Shown piece after piece: positions 28,476 to 36,713 of a DNA stretch of 56,237 nucleotides (its first letter is position 1; each line of letters starts with the position of its first letter). The notes beneath the pieces were generated by a model that worked only from the letters and a program-made list of their open reading frames with translations, had not been told where the DNA came from and did not search any database. Source of the stretch: Pseudomonadota bacterium (GTDB lineage Bacteria; Bdellovibrionota_B; Oligoflexia; Oligoflexales; CAIYRB01); assembly GCA_031416315.1 (NCBI GenBank), contig JANOTL010000160.1:1-56237 (forward strand), read 5' to 3'. Both the position numbers and the translations under genes were made by a program.

Positions 28476-29531
28476 ATGCTCCGAATTCGCGGATTTCTGC
28501 ACCTTTTGGGCATTGTACCGGCCGTCCTGGTGCTGGAGCTCGCCATCCGCCAGTACTGGGTGCATGCGCGCGTCTGGGAGCCCGGCTACGTCAAGATCCC
28601 GGCGCCGAATTCCACCTCCGTTTGGCGCACCGAGGGCAAGGGCCTCGTCCACCGCGTCGAGCACGGCGCTCGCGCCGGCACCCTCCCCGACGCGCCGAAG
28701 GTCGTGGTGCTCGGCGACTCCTTCACCGAAGCGCTCGAGGTGAACGACGACGAGGTCTACACTTTCGTGGCGCAATCCGCGCTCCAGGCGCAAGGCGTGA
28801 GCCTCGGTCTCGTGAACCTCGGCAACGCCGGCCGCTCCGTTGCCGACTACATTGGCTTCGCCGACCGCGGGCGTAGGCTCTACCAGCCTGTCTGGACCGT
28901 CGTGACCCTGCGCGACGACGATCTGGCGGAGGACACCGTCCGGCCGGCGAAAACCTCCTTGAGAAAGGGCCCGGACGGGAAGCTCTTGGTCAGCTTCGAC
29001 GAGAAGGCCGAAGGCGAAGACGCCCGCGACTTGATTTGGAGGAGCCCCTCGATCTTCGTGCGTTACACCTTCTACCGCCTGCAGAAATTCATCGACGCCG
29101 CGGCGGAGGAGCCGCCGATGTTCCGCGCCGCCGACCACGAGGGCAAGAAAAAGGGCCCGCCCACGGCGGCGGAGCTCGAGGCGTACTATGCGACCTTTGA
29201 CGTCGAGCAGGCGCTGGATCTTCTCCACACCGCGCACGACGGCAAGCTGACGATCGTGACCCTGCCTTATCTAGAGTACGAGAAGGACGGCACACCCCAA
29301 CTCCTCGATGCTCCCGTGCGCCGCCGCGTCCTTGCCTGGTGCGCCGCGCGGAAGGCGAGCTGCGTCGAGCCGGGACGCGCCTTCCTCGAGCTCGCTCGCG
29401 CGCACCTTTCGCCGTTCGGCTTCCCGAACACGCGGTTCAACCACGGACACATGAATCGCGAGGGTCACCGCCTGGTCGGCAATGCCTTGGCCGCGGAGCT
29501 TGCGAGGTTGAAGACCGATGCTGTTTTCTAG
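28476..29531 (+). CDS. SGNH/GDSL-family protein, probable periplasmic polysaccharide O-acyltransferase partner (AlgJ/PatB-like)
   Basis: N-terminal TM, VVVLGDSFTE, VNLGNAG and C-terminal NHGHMNREGHRLVG; overlaps the MBOAT start. Confidence 0.75.
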   Translation: MLRIRGFLHLLGIVPAVLVLELAIRQYWVHARVWEPGYVKIPAPNSTSVWRTEGKGLVHRVEHGARAGTLPDAPKVVVLGDSFTEALEVNDDEVYTFVAQSALQAQGVSLGLVNLGNAGRSVADYIGFADRGRRLYQPVWTVVTLRDDDLAEDTVRPAKTSLRKGPDGKLLVSFDEKAEGEDARDLIWRSPSIFVRYTFYRLQKFIDAAAEEPPMFRAADHEGKKKGPPTAAELEAYYATFDVEQALDLLHTAHDGKLTIVTLPYLEYEKDGTPQLLDAPVRRRVLAWCAARKASCVEPGRAFLELARAHLSPFGFPNTRFNHGHMNREGHRLVGNALAAELARLKTDAVF

Positions 29532-30963
29532 CCCGCGCTTTCTCGTCTTCATGGCGATCGTGCTCGCGCTCCTGAGCCTCCCGCTCGGGCTGCGCGGGAA
29601 GAAGAACGTCCTCGTCATTGCCTCGAGCCTCTTCTACGCCGCGTGGGACTGGCGCTACCTCGGCCTTTTGGCGCTGATCAGCGTCATCGACTACGTGTGC
29701 GCCGAGAAGATCCACGCGACCGAGGCGAACCACACGCGCAAGACCTGGGTCGTCTTCAGCGTCGTGTCGAACCTGGCCATCCTCGCCTACTTCAAGTACT
29801 GCAACTTCTTCCTCGACAACCTGAACAACGTGTTCGGGCTCCACTTTCCTTACCAGGAGATCCTGCTACCCGCCGGCATCAGCTTCTACACGTTCAAATC
29901 GATGAGCTACACGATCGATGTCTATCGCCGGCATATCAAGCCGTGCGCGAACTACGTCGACTATGCGATGTTCATCACGTTCTTTCCGGAGCTGATCGCA
30001 GGCCCGATCGTGCGCGCTTCGGTCTTCCTGCCGCAGATGGCGCGGCCGCCCGGTCCGACTTGGGCGCGCCTGCGCGTCGGCCTCGGCTTTTTCGCGCTCG
30101 GCATGCTGAAGAAGCGCGTGATCGCGGATCATCTCGCGGCTTTCGTCGATCCGATCTTCGCCGCGCCGGAGGTGTACTCGGCGACGAGCGTCTGGCTCGC
30201 CGTCTTAGCGTACGCGCTGCAGATCTACTGCGATTTCTCCGGGTACACCGACATGGCGATCGGCTGCGCCAAGATGATCGGCTACGACCTGCCCGAGAAT
30301 TTCCTGATGCCCTACCTCAGCCCCAACATCACGGTTTTCTGGCGTCGTTGGCACATGACGCTCAGCTTCTGGTTGCGCGACTACCTGTACATCCCGCTCG
30401 GGGGCAACCGCAAAGGCGTCGGGCGCCAGTACCTGAACCTCTTTCTCACCATGCTTCTCGGCGGACTTTGGCACGGCGCCAGCTGGAACTTCATCCTCTG
30501 GGGCGCGATGCACGGCGCCGCGTTGGCGTTCCACAAGAAGTGGATGGAGTGGTTCCCGAAGGGCGCGATGCCGCCCTTCCTCGGCGGCATCTTGACCTTT
30601 CTCTTCGCCGTCCTTTTGTGGATTCCTTTCCGCGCGCCGGATTTCGCCACCAGCGTCGCGATCTTCACGCGCCTTTTCACGCCGGACGCGGGGGCCTTCT
30701 ACGTCTCGCCCACGGTGCTCGGGCTCGCCGCGCTCGTGGGCCTCGGGCATGCGCTGGGGTGGCTCGTCCTTCGCGATCGCCCGCTGGCGCCGCGGATCTT
30801 GGGCTTCCTCGGGCTTCGGCTGGAGACGAGCCAGATCTCCGGCTGGAGCTTCAGCTGGGCCGGCGGCTCGGCACGCGCTTGGTTTTTCCTGACGCTCTTC
30901 GTTTTCGGCGTATGGTGGACAGCAGTGCTGCAGTCGAGTCCTTTCATCTATTTTCAGTTTTAG
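29518..30963 (+). CDS. MBOAT family O-acyltransferase (AlgI/PatA-like)
   Basis: LPAGISFYTF, FFPELIAGPIVR, QIYCDFSGYTDMAIG, FWRRWHMTLS, YLYIPLGGNR, GLWHGASWNF and C-terminal SPFIYFQF. Confidence 0.93.
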   Translation: MLFSSPRFLVFMAIVLALLSLPLGLRGKKNVLVIASSLFYAAWDWRYLGLLALISVIDYVCAEKIHATEANHTRKTWVVFSVVSNLAILAYFKYCNFFLDNLNNVFGLHFPYQEILLPAGISFYTFKSMSYTIDVYRRHIKPCANYVDYAMFITFFPELIAGPIVRASVFLPQMARPPGPTWARLRVGLGFFALGMLKKRVIADHLAAFVDPIFAAPEVYSATSVWLAVLAYALQIYCDFSGYTDMAIGCAKMIGYDLPENFLMPYLSPNITVFWRRWHMTLSFWLRDYLYIPLGGNRKGVGRQYLNLFLTMLLGGLWHGASWNFILWGAMHGAALAFHKKWMEWFPKGAMPPFLGGILTFLFAVLLWIPFRAPDFATSVAIFTRLFTPDAGAFYVSPTVLGLAALVGLGHALGWLVLRDRPLAPRILGFLGLRLETSQISGWSFSWAGGSARAWFFLTLFVFGVWWTAVLQSSPFIYFQF

Positions 30964-30975
30964 CTCGGAGGCGTC

Positions 30976-31734
30976 TTGGAGCTCGTCGTCGTCGCCAGCG
31001 TCCTCGTCTTCGCGCTCGCGCTCTACGCGCTCTTCTCCACGCGCTCGCGCGCGCCGCGGCGCTCTGTGGCGTCGATGGTCAAGCTCTTGCATCGCGTGCC
31101 GGTCTTCGAGACCTTGACGAAGGAGCATCTGCAACGCGTCGCCCTCGTCATCCGCGAGCTGCACGTGCCGCCGAACGTCTACGTCATCCGCGAGCACCGC
31201 GCCGGCGAGGCGATGTTCGTCGTCATCGCGGGGACGCTGCAGATCTTGAAGCGCGGCGTCGTCGAGGAGAACCTGGTGCAAACCGTCGGCCCCGGTGAGA
31301 TTCTGGGAGAAATGGCCTTGCTGACGGGCGGCAAGCGCATCGCTTCGGCGCGCGCGCTCACGGCCTGCTCCTTGCTGCAAATCGACCGCGACGATTTTCA
31401 GGAGCTCTTCGCGGCCAATCACGACGTGATGAAGCTGGTGTGGGACGCGTGCGAGATCCACAGCATCCGGCTCTTGATGGCGGATCATGCGGCGACCCGG
31501 GCCGTGCCGCTCGAGCGGCGCGACGATTGGATCGGCCGGCGCACGATCGTCGTGACGACGGCGAGCGAGGCCGTGACGCCACCGCCCGAATCACGTTACG
31601 TGGTCGCCATATCCGGGGCGCTCACGGTCGACGGGCAGGCGGTCCAGGCGCCGCAAATGGTCGCTTTGCGTGCGGATTCCACGGTCCTCGCGACGGGCCC
31701 CGCGCGCATTGCCTGGTTGCCTCGGGAGACCTGA
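30976..31734 (+). CDS. Membrane-anchored cyclic nucleotide-binding domain protein
   Basis: TTG start after GGAGG; N-terminal TM; cNMP motifs [17 protein letters not shown] and [21 protein letters not shown]. Confidence 0.82.
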   Translation: MELVVVASVLVFALALYALFSTRSRAPRRSVASMVKLLHRVPVFETLTKEHLQRVALVIRELHVPPNVYVIREHRAGEAMFVVIAGTLQILKRGVVEENLVQTVGPGEILGEMALLTGGKRIASARALTACSLLQIDRDDFQELFAANHDVMKLVWDACEIHSIRLLMADHAATRAVPLERRDDWIGRRTIVVTTASEAVTPPPESRYVVAISGALTVDGQAVQAPQMVALRADSTVLATGPARIAWLPRET

Positions 31735-31748
31735 GCGACCCTTTTGTG

Positions 31749-31776
31749 TTGACCGGGCCGTCGTGGGGGCTAGACT
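31749..31776 (+). promoter_or_regulatory. Candidate sigma70-type promoter for dps
   Basis: TTGACC-16 nt-TAGACT, followed by a GGAG RBS at 31801 and the ATG at 31815. Confidence 0.4.
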
Positions 31777-31814
31777 TTGGCGAGCTTTTGCCAATTCACT
31801 GGAGACGCCCCTAC

Positions 31815-32291
31815 ATGGCTAAGATCGACAACGGCATCGACGAAAAAAGTCGCAAGCAGATCGCCGAAGGCCTTTCGCGCCTCCTCGCCGACAGCTACAC
31901 GCTTTACCTCAAGACCCACAATTTTCACTGGAACGTTACGGGCCCGATGTTCCAGACCCTGCATCTCATGTTCGAGACGCAGTACAACGAGCTCGCGCTC
32001 GCCGTCGACCTGATCGCCGAGCGGATCCGCGCGCTCGGCATACCGGCGCCCGGCACCTACGCCGAGTTCACCCGCCTCTCTTCGATCAAAGAGACCGAAG
32101 GGCCGCGCCCAGCGAAGAAGATGATCGAGGAGCTCGTGCAAGGCCAAGAGGCCGTCGTGCGCACCGCGCGGTCGATCTTCCCGGTCGTCGACGAGTGCCA
32201 CGACGAGGCGACGGCCGATCTCCTGACCCAGCGCATGCAGATCCACGAGAAGACCGCTTGGATGCTGCGCAGCTTGCTCGAAGGCGAATGA
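31815..32291 (+). CDS. dps: Dps DNA-binding ferritin-like protein
   Basis: [39 protein letters not shown] and HEKTAWML; 158 aa. Confidence 0.96.
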   Translation: MAKIDNGIDEKSRKQIAEGLSRLLADSYTLYLKTHNFHWNVTGPMFQTLHLMFETQYNELALAVDLIAERIRALGIPAPGTYAEFTRLSSIKETEGPRPAKKMIEELVQGQEAVVRTARSIFPVVDECHDEATADLLTQRMQIHEKTAWMLRSLLEGE

Positions 32292-32312
32292 TCGAGGCGC
32301 GATCTTGGGGCG

Positions 32313-33473
32313 TCAGGCCCCTCGTGCCAATCCCCGATGCGGCGCCTCGGCGCTGCGGAAGAGATCGCCGGCGGCCCACGAGCGCGAGAGGTGCAGCGAT
32401 TCGCTTAGGCGCAGCGCGGCGACAAGCTCGGCGGCCGAGAGCGGCGCGATCTTTTGCGCGAGGCCGAAGCCGAAGGCGCCGTGCCCGCCGGCGCGGTTGA
32501 TCTTGTGGTGCTGGTCGATCCAAACGGCAGCCTGAGCGCCGCCAGGAGCCTCGGCGACGAGCTTGGCGTATGACGATTGATCGGTCGTCACGTCGACGCC
32601 CTCGAAGGTGTCGAGCGCCAAGGCGAAGCCTAACGCCGAGCCCGATGCCGCCTCGATCAGGGCGCCCATCATCGCCGCGTAGGCCGGCAAGAGCGGCAGA
32701 ACGCCGGGCGAGGCGATCCCGAAGGCTTTTAGAGCTTTCTCCATCAAAGCATCGTGACCGCGCTCTTCGACGAGGAAGCGCGCGACGTCGTCGGCGAGCT
32801 GCGGCAGGACGCTGAGCGCCGGCGTCACCGCCGCCTCGCAGCGCGAGGTGATGAAGTGCGACTGACGCACCAGGGTCGCGATCAGGCGGCGATGCTCGGC
32901 TTCCCCTCGCGCCGCCACGGCCGTCACGACGTCCCTCAGAACGCGGGGTTCGTTCTTGTCGAGCTGGCAACACCGTGCGAGCCGGCGCGCATGCGTGAAC
33001 GCCGCGACCGCGTCGAAGGTCTCGCCGCCCGCGCGGGCGGAGCGCGACAGCGCTTCGGCGACTGGCCATTGCCAAGCGTGCGTCGCGCCGCGCGCGGCGA
33101 TCTCGCGTGTGATGCTCTCCGGAGCGCCGAGGCGGCGGGCGCCGTCGGCGATGGCCGCAAAGAGGGGCGCCGCGGAAGGCTCGTCGCCGGCAGACTCCGC
33201 GCAAGACGCAAGAGCCTCGCCCTTCGTCCCAGGCTCGAGGTAGACCATCGGATAGGCGGCGAAGTTGGCGAGCGCCGCCTGGGCCGCGTGCGGCACTTCG
33301 GCGTTCGCGTCACCACGGGCTACGTCGTCGAGATGAGCGAGGAGCACGCCGACCGCGTCGGCGAGCTGGCCGCCACATTCGGCTTCGACCGTGATCCAGG
33401 GCGTCGACAGGGAGAAGCGGCGTGCCGGCTCGATCCAACGACCTTTGAGCTCGGGGTAGGGACGATAGAGCAT
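32313..33473 (-). CDS. Heme-oxygenase-like (TenA/PqqC/CADD-type) iron-dependent redox enzyme with an extra N-terminal domain
   Basis: Helical C-terminal half with QSHFIT, FLVEERGHD (ExxH), LDTFEG and QHHKINRAGGH as candidate metal ligands. About 170 extra N-terminal residues. Confidence 0.6.
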   Translation of the reverse strand: MLYRPYPELKGRWIEPARRFSLSTPWITVEAECGGQLADAVGVLLAHLDDVARGDANAEVPHAAQAALANFAAYPMVYLEPGTKGEALASCAESAGDEPSAAPLFAAIADGARRLGAPESITREIAARGATHAWQWPVAEALSRSARAGGETFDAVAAFTHARRLARCCQLDKNEPRVLRDVVTAVAARGEAEHRRLIATLVRQSHFITSRCEAAVTPALSVLPQLADDVARFLVEERGHDALMEKALKAFGIASPGVLPLLPAYAAMMGALIEAASGSALGFALALDTFEGVDVTTDQSSYAKLVAEAPGGAQAAVWIDQHHKINRAGGHGAFGFGLAQKIAPLSAAELVAALRLSESLHLSRSWAAGDLFRSAEAPHRGLARGA

Positions 33474-33513
33474 GGCGGAGGCTTTCGCGCGCGGGAGGAG
33501 CGGCTCCGAAGGC

Positions 33514-33828
33514 TCAGAGCTCGTCGACGGCTATGTCCATGGGTGCTGTTACCATGATCACGCGGATCGTCCCTTTGGCGCAAGTGCGCTCGGCGTCGGC
33601 TTTCGTCACGGCGTCGCTCGTATACAGGGTGGGGTTGGCGACGGCGTACTCGAGCGTCTGCTTCATGAGCTGAGGCTGGACGCAGTAGAAGCGCTCGAAG
33701 GCGACGCTGCTCACGGCGTCTTGCGGGCACTTCGGCGCCTCCATGGCCGGGATGCCGCTGGCCGTGCCCGCCACTAGCGCTGCAAGGGTGGCCAAGCCAC
33801 GGCCGAGGCGAAGGGTCTTTGGATTCAT
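33514..33828 (-). CDS. Small exported 3-Cys protein (104 aa); candidate precursor peptide
   Basis: GAGG RBS; signal-like MNPKTLRLGRGLATLAALVAGTA; C-x14-CVQ...CAKGTIRVIMVTAPMD. Confidence 0.7.
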   Translation of the reverse strand: MNPKTLRLGRGLATLAALVAGTASGIPAMEAPKCPQDAVSSVAFERFYCVQPQLMKQTLEYAVANPTLYTSDAVTKADAERTCAKGTIRVIMVTAPMDIAVDEL

Positions 33829-33841
33829 TGGAAACCTCGTG

Positions 33842-34357
33842 TTACAGCTCTACTGGGCCGTTGATCGGATCGCTGGGCACTTGCACGACGACGATCCGCA
33901 GGAAACCCTGCGGACAGTCCGTCGAAGGCCCCAGCTTCACCTTCTCACGCGTCTTCGCGTCGCTGCCGAGCGTGTCGTGGAACGCCGCCGCAGAGACCGC
34001 CTCGACGCATTGCACGACGTTGCTCTCGGCGCCCGTCGCGAGCGGCTCCTGGCAGGTGTCCACCGGCGTCGGCGGATTCGGCGTCGAAGTCGTGCTCCCT
34101 GTCGTTCCGGTCGTTCCGGTCGTCCCGGTCGTCCCGGTCGTCCCGGTCGTCGCCGTGCCCCCGGTCGTCGCCGTGCCCCCGGTCGTCGCCGTGCCCCCGG
34201 TCGTCGCCGTGCTCCCGGTCGACGTGCCCGTGCCCGTCTCCGAGCCGGTACCCGAGCCTTTCCCCGAGCTCTTGCCCGAGTCCTTCTTCTCTGCTTGTGT
34301 GCCGCACGCGCCCAGAAGCGCGAAGAGAGATACAGCGAGGAGGCGTGAGTTGCTCAT
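33842..34357 (-). CDS. Lipoprotein (171 aa) with a Gly/Thr linker and a C-terminal 3-Cys domain paralogous to the downstream small protein
   Basis: Lipobox LLGAC; GT-rich linker; C-x14-CVE...CPQGFLRIVVVQVPSD. Confidence 0.75.
   Translation of the reverse strand: MSNSRLLAVSLFALLGACGTQAEKKDSGKSSGKGSGTGSETGTGTSTGSTATTGGTATTGGTATTGGTATTGTTGTTGTTGTTGTTGSTTSTPNPPTPVDTCQEPLATGAESNVVQCVEAVSAAAFHDTLGSDAKTREKVKLGPSTDCPQGFLRIVVVQVPSDPINGPVEL
34101..34218. repeat. Coding tandem repeats: 9-bp unit (GTCGTYCCG) x5 and 18-bp unit (GTCGTCGCCGTGCCCCCG) x4
   Basis: Directly visible; encode (GTT)n and (GGTATT)n in the lipoprotein linker. Confidence 0.9.
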
Positions 34358-34542
34358 GCCGTCCGCGTCGGTATTTCCCCGAGAAACGTGAGCCGGCCTC
34401 GCTTTGGACCGCTTGCAAAGCCGGCTGCAATCCGCCGTCGTCGTGCCGACGTAGGAGCTGTGCACACGACGCCTCTGCTACCGCCTCCGAGAGCGACTGG
34501 TCTACAATCGTCCCGTTCCATCAATCTCCGAGGTGACGAATC

Positions 34543-36021
34543 ATGCGCCAACGCTTGAGCCTGGCGGCCGTCGCATTGTTCACGAGTCTCACGCTCGCCG
34601 CGTGCAAGACGCCCGGCTCGGCCGCGCGGCTACGCGCGGCCGACGGCAGCCCGGAGGCCGCTTCGGCGGCGACCGCGGCGCAAGCGCGCGAGGCGGTGAG
34701 GAAAGCACTGCATTATTTGTTCGAGACGCAAGTGAAGGAGCCGGACCAGCTCGCGGGCCCCGTGCGCCTGGAAGGCGAGTGGGCCTCCTACGTCCGCGGC
34801 AGCGTCGCCGACGACAGCAATCTGCAGGCGCTCTACGATTCGAACGCCTTCGTCCCAATGTTCGTCACCTATCCCTTCTTCCTGATGGACGACAAGGGCT
34901 TGCCTGCCGGCGGCCAGAAGCTCAGCGAGATGAGCCGCCGGACGCTCAAGCTCCTGCGCCGCTGGTATCTGGCAAAGAACGGCGAGGTCAACTTCTGGCC
35001 GACCATCGCCGGGTTTCACGGCCCGCAGCAGATCGCCGAGGCGCTGCCGTTCGCGCGGCTCCTCGGGCCGATCTTCGACATCGCCAACGACGCCGACGAC
35101 ACGGCGGTCTACTACGTGACGGCGCTGAAGATGGATCCGGGATCGGTCGACAAGGACTTTCCGAAGCTCTTCGCCGGCTGGCTGGATAAGGACCGGGCGC
35201 GCCGCGACGAGCGCGAGGCCGCCTGGAAGCCGGACGGGACCGGCGCCTACATGACCTGGATGAGCGACGAGGACAAGCCTGGAAACAAGCATCCGATCGC
35301 CTTCAAGCTGGCCAACAACGTCGACTGCCTCGTCCTCGGCAACGTGCTTTACGCGGTCGGCTTGAACAGGAAGCTGAACGGCGGCGCCGCCGAGCCGACG
35401 GGCTACAAGGAAAGCTGCGCGCTCGCGCGCGAGGTGATCGAGAAGAAATCCTACCCGGCCTGCGCGCTCTACTACCCGCCGCAGTGGCTTTTCCCGTACG
35501 CGGTGAGTCGTGCCTTCCGCGACGGCGGCAACGACTGCCTGCAGCCGAGCATGAAGCCGTTAGCACAAGAGATTTTGGCGGCGCAAAAACCGGACGGCTC
35601 ATGGGACGACGTCGGCGTCTACGCCAACCTGCCTGCCGACGTGCAGTCGAAAAACCCGGAGTTCCGCGGCGACGCCCGCGTCTACTCGACCGCGCTCAAC
35701 GTCTCGACCTTGGCGAACGTCGGCGTCGCGGAATGGCCGGATCCGGCCGCGGCGCGCGCCGCGATCGAGAGCGGCGTCCGCTTCCTCGTCGCCAACGTCG
35801 TGAAGGACGACGGCAAGGAGTTCTGGCAGGGGGGCGTTTTCTTTTCGTCCTCCTACCAGACGGTGGCGCGCTGGAAATCAAGGCCATACACGACCGCGGT
35901 CGTCCTCGAGGCCATGGTGAAGTACCTGCGCCATTACGGTGACGGCGACGAAGGCGGCGTCTGGAAGCTGACCGAGAACGACGTGCCGAGCAGCTGGCTC
36001 ATCGGGGAGGTGACGCCATGA
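34543..36021 (+). CDS. Lipoprotein with a prenyltransferase/squalene-cyclase-like alpha/alpha barrel (DxDDTA and QW-like motifs)
   Basis: Lipobox LTLAAC; ANDADDTAVYY; NNVDCLVLGNVL; AQKPDGSW; AIESGVRFL. Confidence 0.6.
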   Translation: MRQRLSLAAVALFTSLTLAACKTPGSAARLRAADGSPEAASAATAAQAREAVRKALHYLFETQVKEPDQLAGPVRLEGEWASYVRGSVADDSNLQALYDSNAFVPMFVTYPFFLMDDKGLPAGGQKLSEMSRRTLKLLRRWYLAKNGEVNFWPTIAGFHGPQQIAEALPFARLLGPIFDIANDADDTAVYYVTALKMDPGSVDKDFPKLFAGWLDKDRARRDEREAAWKPDGTGAYMTWMSDEDKPGNKHPIAFKLANNVDCLVLGNVLYAVGLNRKLNGGAAEPTGYKESCALAREVIEKKSYPACALYYPPQWLFPYAVSRAFRDGGNDCLQPSMKPLAQEILAAQKPDGSWDDVGVYANLPADVQSKNPEFRGDARVYSTALNVSTLANVGVAEWPDPAAARAAIESGVRFLVANVVKDDGKEFWQGGVFFSSSYQTVARWKSRPYTTAVVLEAMVKYLRHYGDGDEGGVWKLTENDVPSSWLIGEVTP

Positions 36022-36698
36022 AGAAGCTCCTGAGCTACGCGGTGGCGGCCTTGACTGCCGGTTCCCTTGCCGTCCCGGAGTCCCGCGCGCAAGGCCTGCT
36101 CACGCCCGGTGTCGCGTACGTCTTCTACACCACGAGCGCGACGGACAAGATCCCGCACGTGAACTGGCGCGTGGCCTCGGCCTTCTCGGCGGGCCTCGCG
36201 AGCTTCCTCTTCGACGTGCGCGTGCTGAAGAAGCTGCCGGCGGAGCGCCTCGAGGCGACGCTTAAGGCCGACGTCGACACGATCTCCTCGTCGCACTATC
36301 TGAAACGCCTCCTCATCAGCATCGAGCGCGCGCTCCTGGCCGAAGCGGCCAAGATCCACGCGGAGCATCCGGACGAGGACTTCAACGCGAGCTTCGAGTC
36401 GATCATCGGCAAGAGCACGTTCGCCTGCGAGCTTCCGAGCTGCGGCGTGCTGGAGCTGAAGAAATTGGTGTCCCTGATGATTCCGCCCGAGGCCGCGGCC
36501 TACTGGACCGGGGACGCCGAGGCCAAGGCGCTGAAGACCCTCATCGACAACCTGCCGCAGGCGCGTATATATGGGTACGCGGCGGGCGAAGGCGAGACGC
36601 GCATGGGCGCTCTGCCTTCGCTGATGCGCCGCCGGAAGTACGACGTGAGCTGCGCGGTCGGCAAAGCTTGTGTCGGCAAGGGCAAGGGCGAAGGCTGA
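36018..36698 (+). CDS. Secreted hypothetical protein
   Basis: Signal-like MKKLLSYAVAALTAGSLAVPESRA; GGAGG RBS; ATGA overlap with the upstream gene; four Cys. Confidence 0.75.
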   Translation: MKKLLSYAVAALTAGSLAVPESRAQGLLTPGVAYVFYTTSATDKIPHVNWRVASAFSAGLASFLFDVRVLKKLPAERLEATLKADVDTISSSHYLKRLLISIERALLAEAAKIHAEHPDEDFNASFESIIGKSTFACELPSCGVLELKKLVSLMIPPEAAAYWTGDAEAKALKTLIDNLPQARIYGYAAGEGETRMGALPSLMRRRKYDVSCAVGKACVGKGKGEG

Positions 36699-36713
36699 GC
36701 GATCGAGGCGGCG

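Noticed and set aside
33743..34391. Plus-strand ORFs with (VVP)n or (PGRRRA)n repeats as real genes
   Set aside because: They are antisense readings of the lipoprotein VNTR; the minus-strand frame has a lipobox and a paralogous domain.
34358..34542. Sigma54 promoter in the divergent gap
   Set aside because: TGG and TTGC elements are present, but not at the required GG-N10-GC spacing.
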